Positions 12,148 through 23,282 are shown, counted from the stretch's first letter. The stretch: DNA of 64,000 nucleotides from Verrucomicrobiota bacterium (GCA_047947115.1 CP170459.1:5760001-5824000), one strand, 5' to 3'. Numbers and translations: made by a program. Notes: generated by a model from the letters alone, not told the origin.

Positions 12148-12817
12148 ATATCCTGTGGAGTCAGTATGCCGACACGATTCTTTCCGCCTTGATAAACGGA
12201 GTTATGCAAGGGCTGGTACTTTGTGGGATGATCTGGACCGTGCTTAGGATTTCCCGAAAATTGAACGCATCAACCCGTTACCTGATCTGGCTCAGCACAT
12301 TGGTTGCAGTTTGCCTGTTGCCATGCACCCATTTCCTATTGGCGAGGACCGGCGTGGGCCAGAACGTTCAGAAGGACACTTCCGAACGTTCCACGCCGGT
12401 CCATTCGTCGACATCCTCCAAACCACCACAATCTGCTGAGACCATTTTCCACACGCCCCGTTCAGACCTGCCCGGCATCCCTGAACCACTGGAGCCGGAA
12501 CATTACTCCGTGATCACTTCAAGAGGAGAACAACCGATCACAGCCTCTTTTGAGTCAGAAAACCCCATGGACGCTTTGTTCCTGGCCGATGTCGTTTCCG
12601 AGGGTTCAAACGAGGCATTGAACGAAACAAGTCCAATTTCCAAACAAGCACCATCTGCGCAAACAAACCAAACGGAAATCCAACAATGGTTTCCTGTCCA
12701 ATCCATCACCTTTCAAACGCTTTGGCCACCTTTCCTCAGCTTGGGAATACTGGTTACCCTCTTGCTGATCACCCTTTTCAAAGGGTCACGGCTGGTACGG
12801 GACCTTTTCTTGCTTAA
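12144..12817 (+). pseudogene. BlaR1/M56 family membrane peptidase, N-terminal fragment (IS-interrupted)
   Basis: TM segments, NASTRYLIWL motif typical of M56 N-termini; frame rejoins 14305 onward when the IS is removed. Confidence 0.85.
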
Positions 12818-14300
12818 CAGCCCGTTAAAAAAGTCACAATTCTTCACGAAAAGATTCGTGATTGATCACATGATCAAGTAAAGTATTTGCCATGGCACTT
12901 GGCAAACGGAAAACGAAACAGCAAGAACTGTTCATTGCCTCCAATCAGATTCCCAAAACGCCGGCTCACCCGTTTTATTCCAAACTCAATCAGGTTTTTG
13001 ATGAGTGCGGATTTGATGCTTATGTCGAAGAGTTGTGCGCCCCGTTTTACAAGAATTTTGGTAGGCCAGGCATTGCGCCCGGTATTTATTTCCGGATGAT
13101 TTTCATCGGATACTTTGAAGGGCTCAACAGTCAACGTGGTATCGCATGGAGATGTCATGATAGCCTTTGCCTGCGTGAATTTCTCGGCATCAGTTTGACA
13201 GAGAAAACTCCTGTTCACGCATCGATGACAATTATCCGTCAACGCTTGTCCGATGAAGTGTTTCACAAGGTTTTCCTTTTTGTCCTTGAACAACTCAAAG
13301 AGAAAAAGCTTTTGAAGGGAAAAACTCTTGGTGTTGATGCCACCACCCTGGAAGCCAATGCAGCCATGCGTAGCATCGTGCGCAAAGGGACGGGTGAGGA
13401 TTGGAAAGAATACCTTCGTGAACTGGCCAAAGAAGAAGGCATTGAAAATCCGAGTGATGAAGACATTCAGCGCATCGACCGAGGGCGCAAGGGGAAGAAA
13501 GTTTCCAACAAAGAATGGCAAAGCAAGTCAGATCCGGACAGCCGCATTACCAAGATGAAAGATGGGCGCACACATCTTGCATATAAGGCTGAACATTCGG
13601 TGGACTTGGAAACCGAGGCAATTGTTTCTTGTCATGTCACACATGCAGATCAAGGCGATACAACCACGGGGCCTGAGAGCCTCATCTTGGCTGAAGCCAA
13701 TCTACAATTAATCGAATCAGAAAGGACCGTTGAAGAGGCGGTGATGGACAAGGGATATCACAGCAACGCATTGTTGGAACGGCTCACGCAGTGGGGTATC
13801 CGCACATACATACCAGAGAAGAAGCAAAAGAAGCGTAAGTGGGTGGACAAGCCGGAAAGCTACGAACACGCATTCCGTGGTAATCGACGAAGAGTTCGGA
13901 GTGTCAAGGGTAAGCGACTGAGTCGAAAACGAAGCGAACTTGTGGAGCGAACATTTGCTCATGTGTGCGAAACAGGAGCTGGACGTCGAACCTGGCTCCA
14001 GGGAATGGAAAATGTCACCAAGATTCACACACTGAAGTGCGCAGCATTCAACCTCGGATTGCTGATGCGGAAAATCTTTGGCCTCGCCAAGCCAAGAAAC
14101 TGGGAAGCGAGCCTCGCTACCGCTTTGACGGCTGCTTTTGTCATAATTTTTGGCGAATGGATGACTCAGGGGGCGATAAATATGGCTCCCGCCGTCCTTT
14201 TACTGATTTCCACCATTTTATTATGCAGCTTGATGAAATCGAAGCCGGACGAGATTCGGATCATTCGGTTTTTCGAAATTGGCACTTATTAAACGGGCTG
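12818..14300 (+). mobile_element. Insertion sequence, IS1182/IS5-like DDE element, 1,483 bp
   Basis: Terminal IRs CAGCCCGTTAAAAAAGT / ACTTATTAAACGGGCTG; TTAA on both sides (12814-12817, 14301-14304); single transposase. Confidence 0.9.
12892..14292 (+). CDS. DDE transposase (IS1182/IS5-like)
   Basis: GRPGIAP, VDATTLEANA, SDPDSR, MDKGYHS, RSELVERTFA motifs; stop codon lies inside right IR. Confidence 0.9.
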   Translation: MALGKRKTKQQELFIASNQIPKTPAHPFYSKLNQVFDECGFDAYVEELCAPFYKNFGRPGIAPGIYFRMIFIGYFEGLNSQRGIAWRCHDSLCLREFLGISLTEKTPVHASMTIIRQRLSDEVFHKVFLFVLEQLKEKKLLKGKTLGVDATTLEANAAMRSIVRKGTGEDWKEYLRELAKEEGIENPSDEDIQRIDRGRKGKKVSNKEWQSKSDPDSRITKMKDGRTHLAYKAEHSVDLETEAIVSCHVTHADQGDTTTGPESLILAEANLQLIESERTVEEAVMDKGYHSNALLERLTQWGIRTYIPEKKQKKRKWVDKPESYEHAFRGNRRRVRSVKGKRLSRKRSELVERTFAHVCETGAGRRTWLQGMENVTKIHTLKCAAFNLGLLMRKIFGLAKPRNWEASLATALTAAFVIIFGEWMTQGAINMAPAVLLLISTILLCSLMKSKPDEIRIIRFFEIGTY

Positions 14301-14304
14301 TTAA

Positions 14305-15901
14305 GCGACTTAAAAAGGAATCAACAGCAACGACACCTGAGCTGGAACGATGGATCGTGCGTTTGAATTTCCATGAACGCGGCCAACGTCGCGTTCAGGT
14401 CAGAGTGCATGAAGCCATCAAAACACCCCTTGCACTTGGCTTTTTCAATCCAATGATCTTGCTGCCACAATCGCTGGCAGAAACCATGGAGGAGCAAAAA
14501 CTCTCCTGCATACTCCGACACGAATGGGCACATATCGTGCGGTATGATGACTGGACCAATTTCTTTCAGCGGCTTATGGAGGCGCTGTTCTTCTTCCATC
14601 CAGTGGTCGCCCTGATCGGGCGCCGTTTGGATATCGAACGGGAGATTGCCTGTGACGACCACGTTCTGGCCGATGGTTCGCAGGCGAAAGCATATGCACT
14701 GATGCTGACACAATTTGCCAATAGGGAGCGGGACCGTCATCTGGCGACGGCAACCGCAGGTTGGAACAAAAAACATCAAATCAAAGAAAGAATAGATATG
14801 TTACTCGATTATCATCGAAACACCGCTCCCCGTCCCGCCCGTGTTGGTGCCGGACTGTTTACCTTGGCCATCCTGGCAGCCGCCATCCTGGCCATGAACG
14901 TGAGTCCCAGACTCGCTTTCGCTCAATCCGAAAGCAGCTCGATCTCTCAAAATTCATCCTCTGCTGATGACCTTTTTGAAGCTCCCGTTGCCGAACCCCG
15001 ATCCAAAGACAATAGGAGAGTCCGAGTCCAGGGAACAATCCAGAACAACGCCGACGTCGAAGCTTCACCAAGGGAAAGCTCTATCTTCATGCAAAGAGAA
15101 GCTGAACCAACATTAGAGTCGAATGGTTCGGATTTACTGCTGACATCACCCGCAGGTGCTACCTTGAGGTTACCAGGATCGCCCACTGCCCCCACAGCTA
15201 TTAGTGTTCCTGTAGAGATAGCAATTCCCGAGTTTCCAGAGCCTGAGGTAATACCATCGCCTCAAACAAGCACTGGCGCCAGCGATGCCGCGCCCTCCCA
15301 AGCCTTCCCTGCTGCAGATCCTTATCATTTCCCACAGTTCCCTCATGATGAACAACTGGCAGCCCATGTCGAAGACGCCATCGCCCACGCCCACGAATGG
15401 CAAGCCTGGGCTGAACATCAACAAGCATCCGCCCAGCGCCTGCAAAATGATTCCGAACTGGAAAAAAGAATCAAAGCGCTGGAAAATCTAGTCCATCGAC
15501 TCGTAGAGGATAAAACAGCGCAAAGCGTGGGAAGAAGAGGAAGAAGCGTTCCTTCACAATACAATAACACCCCTGCCGAGGAGTCTATCCCTGGAAGAAC
15601 CTATCGGATATCGAACAACCCTTTTGCGTCTGTAGCTTCCGTTCCCCAGGCAGTTGACCATGCGGAAGAACTGACCGAACGAACCATCCGTCTGGCAAGA
15701 CAGGATGCGCGCCTCGTCAGACAGGACGCTTTACGCGGATTGGAGAAACTGAAGCAAGAGCAAGCCAAACTGGAAATGGAGCGTCAAAGGTTGACAGAGC
15801 AACTCCAATTGCTTGATCGAAGAGCACATTCATTGCTTCTCAAAATGTCTCAGGAAATGGCCGAAATCGAGTCCAGACAGACTCAAGGAAACGCCCCCTG
15901 A
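14305..15901 (+). pseudogene. BlaR1/M56 peptidase, C-terminal fragment with low-complexity and coiled-coil extracytoplasmic tail
   Basis: LRHEWAHIVRYD (HExxH), FFFHP, EREIACDD, IKERI, TM helix. Confidence 0.85.
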
Positions 15902-16180
15902 ACCTCCCACGCATCCTGCTCATAGGACATTGAAATGGTAGTCAGATGAGCGGGAGTCACCCAATCAAACTTCACTGAATCCTCATAGAGATGAGGACAT
16001 GTCTTTCGGCATCGTGACACGTTGTCGTGAGGAAACCATTACCCACGACAACGTTTGTTCCGAATTCAGTTCAAGCGCATACTCGCGCGTAGCGATTCTG
16101 TTTCGCTGCCTGAAATCGAAACAGTATTCCAACACTCACTCGCACCGAAAGCCCAACCGTTCCAGAGTCCATCACACATC

Positions 16181-17344
16181 ATGAACAAGCCCCTTGAATC
16201 ACCAAAAAAGACAACAGATCCAGCTCCATCAGATCCCCAAACCCCGATTCATTTGGAATACATTCGCCATCTGGCAGACATCTCAGAGGACAATGGAGAA
16301 GAACAAATCACAAATTACCACCGGGCCGTGTTCACGAACAAACATGGCGCGGAACTGGAACAACTTGCCCATCAAATCAAACATTCGGAAACCCGCCTGA
16401 ATGGTCTTGAACCGGAATGGCGTCGTGCGACAGAGAAGCTGAATGCGATCGATCCGCTTTTTCCAAACAATGGGAGCGCCGCCAAAACCGAAGAATCACC
16501 TCAACCCTGGAACCACTGGGATCGATGGATGTTTGTGATGGCGGGCATTGGAGTCGTTTGTCTGGTTGTGTTCGGGGTCCTGAATATTTCCTTCAATCTG
16601 ATCGAATCAGGTCTGGTTTTGTTCGGTGACCACCCATACCGAGCTTATTTCTGGGCAGCATTGTTACCGGTCGGAGCATTGGGCATCAAGATCGGGTGGG
16701 ATCTGATCACGTCCCGGAGTTTCAAGTCGATCTATGTGTGGTGTTGCCTCGGCACGGGATTCCTTGGAGTGCTTGTCTGGTTGCTGTCTTATGCCTCCAT
16801 CTACCCTTCCCTTTCGATGAGCACGGCTGAACAGCTCGAATCCATTCATTTGTTCACCGATCAGGAAACCGCTGATCCGACGGTTCCCTTTGGGAAGGTC
16901 AACTGGGGGGACATGATACTGGTTGTTTCTCAGGCGATTGCCGAACTGTTTCTCTCCGCACTATTGGGCATTTACATGACCATCATTTACCAGAAACATC
17001 GCACCATCAAACCCTCCATCCATCCAGAATACCTATATTGGGATGGGGAACGGTTAAAACTCGAGCGTTCTGTTTTTGATGAGAGGAAAACCCTGGCAAC
17101 TGCACGCGGGCGCATGAAGGAGTTGGACAGTCAACTTGCCGTTTACCTCGGCTATGCCAAATCCGTTTATCAACGGGAATTGGTATTGAGTCAAAATCAC
17201 AGTTTCCGAAAAGAACGTTTGTTGACCGAGCTGACATCGGATGTCATGGAACGACTTCAGTCCATACGCGCATCCAGTGACATCAACCACCTCATCGCAG
17301 ACTCGCCCGGTGAACCCGCCTCTTTGGAAACCAAAACAGCTTAA
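16181..17344 (+). CDS. Hypothetical membrane protein (coiled coil - about 4 TM helices - coiled coil)
   Basis: Long ORF with four hydrophobic segments flanked by heptad-rich helices; ATG 16181 preferred over TTG 16055. Confidence 0.7.
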   Translation: MNKPLESPKKTTDPAPSDPQTPIHLEYIRHLADISEDNGEEQITNYHRAVFTNKHGAELEQLAHQIKHSETRLNGLEPEWRRATEKLNAIDPLFPNNGSAAKTEESPQPWNHWDRWMFVMAGIGVVCLVVFGVLNISFNLIESGLVLFGDHPYRAYFWAALLPVGALGIKIGWDLITSRSFKSIYVWCCLGTGFLGVLVWLLSYASIYPSLSMSTAEQLESIHLFTDQETADPTVPFGKVNWGDMILVVSQAIAELFLSALLGIYMTIIYQKHRTIKPSIHPEYLYWDGERLKLERSVFDERKTLATARGRMKELDSQLAVYLGYAKSVYQRELVLSQNHSFRKERLLTELTSDVMERLQSIRASSDINHLIADSPGEPASLETKTA

Positions 17345-17363
17345 CTTTTACAGAGAACTTCCT

Positions 17364-18716
17364 ATGCGCTTAAACAAGAACCATCCATTCCTCCTGTTCC
17401 TGCTGAGCATGTTGATCGGTTTCGGATCTGCCTGCAAACAGGATTCCGAGCCCGTTGGCGGAAAACAAATGAAAATCCTCGTCGGAATTTCACCATTTCT
17501 TCCAGAAAAGGAAAGAGAAGAAGTGTTCGGTCAACTGATGTTGTTGGTATTGGACAAAATGCCACTCAACGCATCCCTCGTGGTATACGACGCATTCCAC
17601 ATTCAAACCATCTCCACGTTTGACATTCCCAACAGAAACGCGTTCCGTTCAACACGAACCCGACTGAATCAATTCAAGAAGTCGATTCAATTACTCCGTT
17701 TTTTTCTTCAGCCTCCTTCTTCGGAGACTGAGGGTCGGGAAATCCATCAACAGGGCGCCATCCGTTTTCCACAATGGTCGGATTTCATCGGAAAGAACCA
17801 GATCCTGGGCAACGTCGACACCCGCTTGGTCGTCCTTGGCAATCCACTCTACATCGATGTAAGAGAGCCGGCCTATTCGATGCATGCTGATTACTTCCCC
17901 TCCGACGGACACATCCATCTAAGCGCCCGGGAATCGGTTTATGGAACGATTGGAAAAGAGAAACAGCTGCTGAACATTCCGGTTCATTGGGGTTACTTGC
18001 AGGAACCATGGATCAATCCGGCACATGAGGAAGCGGTTTCAAGGTTCTGGAAACTCTACACTCAAAACCAGGGAGGCCATTTGGAAACGTTTTGCCTGGA
18101 TCTCCAGACAGTGTTTGAGCGACTCATGATTCATAACCGGGACACCAATGCTTTCGAAGAAAGCAACATCACCCCACTCCATACACGGGTTGAAATGATC
18201 CGCATACAACGTCAAATCGGCAGCACGGACTGGATCACTTCCAATCTGACAAGAAACGGCAACACCAAACCTCCAACCTTGTTGGAGGGTCCCATCAAAA
18301 TAGGCATCCGCTGGCGTGGAGAAATGGATCTGGATCTGTATGCGAAATCAGACGCTGAAGCGGAAACCTTGTTTTTCGAGCATCCGGAAAGCCAGGAGGG
18401 ATACTACTACAAAGATCACAGGCAGTCACCTGATCGGGAGTTTGAATTCATCGAATACCACCAACCGATCCAGCTCAACCGAATCAAGGTATGGGTTAAC
18501 TTTTTCGAAGGACAAACCGTTGAGCCGCCTGAGTTCGAAGCACGCATTGAGTTCGACCGGCAAATCTATTCCAGAATGATCAGCATCCCATCTCTCAAAG
18601 GAAACCAAGGTCAAACAGGCTCGGATCATGAAGATTGCTGGGTTGAAGTTAATTTAATTCAACTCATGGGCATTCCTGCATCACCGTCGCTCATTCTACA
18701 GGAGAGAGGGGAATAG
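17364..18716 (+). CDS. Hypothetical lipoprotein-like protein with C-terminal YfaP/DUF2135-like domain
   Basis: Signal ending LIGFGSAC; IKIGIRWRGEMDLDLY resembles the YfaP-type W..DLDL motif. Confidence 0.6.
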   Translation: MRLNKNHPFLLFLLSMLIGFGSACKQDSEPVGGKQMKILVGISPFLPEKEREEVFGQLMLLVLDKMPLNASLVVYDAFHIQTISTFDIPNRNAFRSTRTRLNQFKKSIQLLRFFLQPPSSETEGREIHQQGAIRFPQWSDFIGKNQILGNVDTRLVVLGNPLYIDVREPAYSMHADYFPSDGHIHLSARESVYGTIGKEKQLLNIPVHWGYLQEPWINPAHEEAVSRFWKLYTQNQGGHLETFCLDLQTVFERLMIHNRDTNAFEESNITPLHTRVEMIRIQRQIGSTDWITSNLTRNGNTKPPTLLEGPIKIGIRWRGEMDLDLYAKSDAEAETLFFEHPESQEGYYYKDHRQSPDREFEFIEYHQPIQLNRIKVWVNFFEGQTVEPPEFEARIEFDRQIYSRMISIPSLKGNQGQTGSDHEDCWVEVNLIQLMGIPASPSLILQERGE

Positions 18717-18822
18717 TAGCCCTTGCTCCTGCGAACAGGTGAGCGTCAAAAAAATGTGGCAGCGCAGAAACAACGAGAACCAAAAAGGTCAGTAATGCCT
18801 CACTGGTTAGATTCCAGCCAAC

Positions 18823-19734
18823 CTAAGAAAGCAATCCGAGCTCTTTGAACTGCGGCATCAGATCTTCAAGCACCTGTTCCATACTGGAATTGCTGACAGA
18901 CTCAAGGGGCAAACGCACATCTCCGCAATCCAGTCCGAACTGCTTCATCAAGGCTTTGGCAGAGGCCAGATAACCTGATTGAACCAAACGGTTAACCACA
19001 CTCAGTGAGCGATACTGCCACTTTTGCGCACTGGCAAGATCCCCATTTTTAAAGGCCTTGATCATCTCCCAACAAACTGGAGCCATAAAATTATAGGTGC
19101 TGCCAATGGCCCCATGTACGCCTAATGCGAGACCGGTCAACAAGGATTCATCATTGCCATAATAGATCTCATGTGAATCTCCGAATCGTTGAAGACATTC
19201 CAGAATTTCGGCAGGTTGAATCGCTGAAAACTTGATACCTTTCAAGTTCGGGATCTGGTTGATTCCCTCCCGAAGGAACTCGCTCATGGAAAAGTTCACA
19301 CCGGTCAAGCCCGGTATATGATAATAATAAAATGGACAATCCGGAGCTTCAGCCGCAATGGCCGACATCCAATCCACCAACACCGGGAGACGTTCCGGTT
19401 TCAGGTAGGAAGGAGCGACCGCGCTGATGGCATCGGCCCCACACGAGGCGGCATGGGAGGTCAATTTGACGCAATCCGAAAGGCTGTTGGCTCCGACATG
19501 CACCATGATATCGAGTTCATGCTCACGTCCGGCATCCATCCACGCTTCGGTCAAAAGGCAACGCTCGTCCATGGTCAAAGAGGAATACTCCCCCGTCGTT
19601 CCGTTCACGAACGCAGCATGTACTCCATGACGCTTAAGATGGCCGGCCATTGGAAGAACCAAATCAACATTGATTTCTCCATCTTCATGAAATGGCGTAA
19701 AAGGTGCCGCCGTTAATTTGAATGCCCCGTTCAT
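18823..19734 (-). CDS. nanA: N-acetylneuraminate lyase (DapA family)
   Basis: GTTGE, YYHIP, GIKFS Schiff-base Lys, IGSTYN motif characteristic of NAL. Confidence 0.75.
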   Translation of the reverse strand: MNGAFKLTAAPFTPFHEDGEINVDLVLPMAGHLKRHGVHAAFVNGTTGEYSSLTMDERCLLTEAWMDAGREHELDIMVHVGANSLSDCVKLTSHAASCGADAISAVAPSYLKPERLPVLVDWMSAIAAEAPDCPFYYYHIPGLTGVNFSMSEFLREGINQIPNLKGIKFSAIQPAEILECLQRFGDSHEIYYGNDESLLTGLALGVHGAIGSTYNFMAPVCWEMIKAFKNGDLASAQKWQYRSLSVVNRLVQSGYLASAKALMKQFGLDCGDVRLPLESVSNSSMEQVLEDLMPQFKELGLLS

Positions 19735-19885
19735 ATCTGTTTTCGTGGTAATTGAGGGAATCATCCGCTCAGAAAGCATCCGATTCAATCAGAATGTTTT
19801 ATTTTCTGAATCTTGTTCAGATGAACTAAGCATTGGAATCTTCGGCATCATCGCGTATGATCGAACCTCATCCAGCAAGTAAACC

Positions 19886-21907
19886 ATGAATTGGCAAACA
19901 GCACATGCTTCAGTCAAGCTATTGAAAAGGATAGCCTTCCTCGGAATCATCCAAAGCAGCCTCTGTTGCCTGCTTCAGGCTGAACAAAAAGAACCTGACT
20001 GGCAAACAGACATAGAGCCGGTCTTGAATGACCACTGTGTCAAATGCCATGGCCCGCTAAAACGTAAAGGAGACCTCGATCTCAGCACCTTTCATGGTCT
20101 GATTAAAGGAGGCGAGAACGGTCCGGTCCTGATTGCCGGAATGCCCGACACAAGTCCGGTCTACACCGTGCTGCTGGAGGGATCCGACCCTCACATGCCT
20201 CCCAAAAAACAACTGGAAACCAGGTCCATTGATTTAATCAGGGAGTGGATTCTTCATTTCAAGGAAATTGCCCCCATTGCAGGCGACCAAGAATGGACGG
20301 ATGCCAGTCCTGAACCTGCGGAACCGGAGAATTTACCCGCCCCTCCGAAAAACCTTACCCCTTCGCAAGCCATCGACTACTTCATCGAGACCAGGCTCGA
20401 ACAGGAGGGTATCACTCCGACCCCGGTATGTGATGACCGAACATTCCAGCGTCGCCTTTATCTGGATCTCATCGGACGGCCCCCCTCGATACAGGAATCC
20501 GAGCGATTTCTACGGAGCGGTTCCATTGCCAAACGAGCTGAAGAGGTCGACAGATTGCTCAAAAATGAATCGTTCGCGGTTCACTTTACCGAGTTATTCG
20601 ATGTATTCCTGATGGAGCGTCGCGGCAAACGGTGGGAGGATCGGCGCAAGGAGAATGGCTGGCATGATTTTTTAAAATCATCCTTTGCGGAGAACAGGCC
20701 CTGGGACCAGGTCACTCGTCAGATCATCCTGGCCAGACCGGATGAAACTCATTCAACGCCTATGGGAAGCATGTGGTTCCTGTATGAACGGGAGGACAAC
20801 CATCAGGCCATGGCTGAAGCCATCGCCCCCATCGTGTTCGGCACTCAAATCAAATGCGCCCAGTGCCACGACCACCCGCTGGCTCATGAGATCAAACAGG
20901 GCCACTATTGGGCCATGGTGGCGGCATTCAATCGCAGCAGGAATGTCAAAACCCCCAGAGGCATAGGCATCGCTGAATCCGCCGTTGGCGGTTTCATCAG
21001 TTTCGCCAATTTAAAAAAGGAATCCCAACCGGCAACACTTACCTTTCTCAACGGCGTCTCCGTTGAAGAGACGCGTCCCGATCCGGATGCCAATGATTCC
21101 GACCTTCCTAAGTATTACCTGATCGCTCCGCCCGAGGGAGATCAACAGCCTCAAGAACCTTCCATCCCCAAATTCTCCCGCCGAGAGGTCCTTGCAGATG
21201 CGGTCACAGTCGACAACCCATTGCTTGCCCGTTCCATGGTCAACCGTCTTTGGGCACTCATGATGGGGCGCGGCATCGTGCATCCGGTGGATGAAATGAA
21301 TTCGAAACACCCACCCAGCCATCCGGCACTGCTCCATTGGCTGTCGCTGGATTTTGAAGAGCATGGATATGACGTGCAACGCCTCGTTCGGACATTGGTT
21401 CTGAGCGAAACCTATCAACGCTCGACCTGGATCGGACAGGATCGACCGCACGCGGTCGACACTTTCGCTTGGGCTGCGGAGAAACCACTCTCGGCCGAAA
21501 CAGCGTTCCGGTCACTGCTGGCAGCCACCGGGCAGGATCTCGGCAAACCGTCGTCAGATAACGCCGTTCAGGCATTACGGCAGGCATTCATTGAACATTT
21601 CCCGGATCTGCTCCCGGTTGAATACAACGCAACCCTTCAGCAAGCCATGTTTCTGTCCAATTCACCGCTGGTTCAGTCCCTGCTGGAACCCAAAGCCGGG
21701 AACACTGCCGAAAAGCTGTTAGATATCGAAAACATCAACCAACGCGTTCGCGAGGCGTTTCTCTTTGTCTACGGCAGATGGCCGGATGCCTCTGAAAAGG
21801 AAGCAGCCACACAATTCCTGATCCATCGCGAGGATCGCCCCAAAGAAGGCGTTCAACAATTGTTGTGGACCTTGATCACAAGCGCGGAGTTTCTGACCAA
21901 TCACTAA
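19886..21907 (+). CDS. PVC-type cytochrome c + DUF1549/DUF1553 protein
   Basis: CVKCHG and CAQCHDHP motifs, RRLYLDLIGRPP, MVNRLW..MMGRGIV, PSHPALL, SAEFLTNH. Confidence 0.9.
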   Translation: MNWQTAHASVKLLKRIAFLGIIQSSLCCLLQAEQKEPDWQTDIEPVLNDHCVKCHGPLKRKGDLDLSTFHGLIKGGENGPVLIAGMPDTSPVYTVLLEGSDPHMPPKKQLETRSIDLIREWILHFKEIAPIAGDQEWTDASPEPAEPENLPAPPKNLTPSQAIDYFIETRLEQEGITPTPVCDDRTFQRRLYLDLIGRPPSIQESERFLRSGSIAKRAEEVDRLLKNESFAVHFTELFDVFLMERRGKRWEDRRKENGWHDFLKSSFAENRPWDQVTRQIILARPDETHSTPMGSMWFLYEREDNHQAMAEAIAPIVFGTQIKCAQCHDHPLAHEIKQGHYWAMVAAFNRSRNVKTPRGIGIAESAVGGFISFANLKKESQPATLTFLNGVSVEETRPDPDANDSDLPKYYLIAPPEGDQQPQEPSIPKFSRREVLADAVTVDNPLLARSMVNRLWALMMGRGIVHPVDEMNSKHPPSHPALLHWLSLDFEEHGYDVQRLVRTLVLSETYQRSTWIGQDRPHAVDTFAWAAEKPLSAETAFRSLLAATGQDLGKPSSDNAVQALRQAFIEHFPDLLPVEYNATLQQAMFLSNSPLVQSLLEPKAGNTAEKLLDIENINQRVREAFLFVYGRWPDASEKEAATQFLIHREDRPKEGVQQLLWTLITSAEFLTNH

Positions 21908-21915
21908 ACTCACCC

Positions 21916-23250
21916 ATGAACCCAAAACCATCCAATAACAGCCCCCAGCACTGCGTCACCCATGAACACACATGGCACCGTCGCAAATTCCTACAAGGCC
22001 TCGGTACAGGCATCGCAGGATCGATGTTCAGTTGGTCCGGATTGATGACACCCCAAATGTTCGCTGAGGCAGCGAAAAAGCAACAGAAGAGCTGCATCCT
22101 GCTCTGGCTCTGCGGTGCACCCAGCCAATTTGAAACATGGGATCCCAAACCAGGGCGTGCAACAAGCGGTCCGTTTGGCCATATTCCCACGAAAATTCCA
22201 GGTGTTCATTTCAGTGCGCTGATGCCAAAGTGCGCATCAATTGCGGATAAAATCTCAGTCATACGCTCCATGAAAACGGAGCCGACCGAACATTTTCAAG
22301 GCATCGACCGATTGAATCGAGGCGACGCACCGCGTCCCCCCTTCATACGTCCCTCCCTGGGAAGCGTCCTGGGTCAACAACTCGGTCAATTGGACAGCCC
22401 CATCCCTAATTTCATCCTCTTGGACCCCTGCCCTGAGGGCAATGAGTTTAAATCTTTCAAAGCTGGAAATTGGGCCGGATGGCTGGGGGCGGAGTACGGC
22501 CCCGTGAGACTTGGGGGTGAATACAGAATTCCAGATGTACAAAAACTCCCTGACATCACCACCCAGGACCATGAAGAACGTGAAGCGTTGAGACGTTTCC
22601 TGACACGTAAATTCGAGAACGATCGAAAAAGCGCTGCAGCAGCGTCGCAAAATGCCGCTTTTGAACGCGTCAAAGGACTCATGAGCTGCTCCCACCTCTT
22701 TGACCTGCAAAAGCTGCCTCAAAAGGATCGTGAGCGATACGGACAGGGCACCTTTGGCCAACACACACTGCTGGCCAGACACCTTGTAGAAAATGGGGCT
22801 CCTTTTGTGATGGTCGCCAATGGCATGCCTTGGGATTGCCACGTCTTTCAGCACGAAAACTACCAGATGCTCGTCCCTGATCTCGACAACATCATCTTCC
22901 AACTGATCAATGACCTGGACGATCGAGGCATGCGGGAAAACACCCTCGTGGTCATGATGGGCGAATTTGGACGCACACCATGGCTGAACGCCAGCCGAGG
23001 GCGAGATCACTACCCAAATGCCTGGAGCCTGGCCATGGCCGGTTGTGGTATCCAACAAGGCGTGGTAGTGGGTGAAACGGACCCTGACGGTATCGAAGTC
23101 ATTGACAAACCGTTTGATGAAAAAAACCTGTTTGCCACCATTTTCACCGCACTGGGAATTGATCCTTACGCAGCCTACGACCTCCCAGGGCTTCCGACCT
23201 TTCACCGCGTGGAACAGGAAGCATCGCCCATTCAGGAAATTTTGCTATAA
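21916..23250 (+). CDS. DUF1501 family protein with Tat-like signal
   Basis: RRKFL, GAPSQFETWDPKP, GEFGRTP, GRDHYP. Confidence 0.9.
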   Translation: MNPKPSNNSPQHCVTHEHTWHRRKFLQGLGTGIAGSMFSWSGLMTPQMFAEAAKKQQKSCILLWLCGAPSQFETWDPKPGRATSGPFGHIPTKIPGVHFSALMPKCASIADKISVIRSMKTEPTEHFQGIDRLNRGDAPRPPFIRPSLGSVLGQQLGQLDSPIPNFILLDPCPEGNEFKSFKAGNWAGWLGAEYGPVRLGGEYRIPDVQKLPDITTQDHEEREALRRFLTRKFENDRKSAAAASQNAAFERVKGLMSCSHLFDLQKLPQKDRERYGQGTFGQHTLLARHLVENGAPFVMVANGMPWDCHVFQHENYQMLVPDLDNIIFQLINDLDDRGMRENTLVVMMGEFGRTPWLNASRGRDHYPNAWSLAMAGCGIQQGVVVGETDPDGIEVIDKPFDEKNLFATIFTALGIDPYAAYDLPGLPTFHRVEQEASPIQEILL

Positions 23251-23282
23251 TCCATATCTGACAATCATTTGAACCTCTTCCC

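Noticed and set aside
12874..13521. 215-aa antisense ORF within the IS
   Set aside because: Shadow of the transposase; no supporting features
22255..23205. 316-aa minus-strand ORF
   Set aside because: Antisense shadow of the DUF1501 gene
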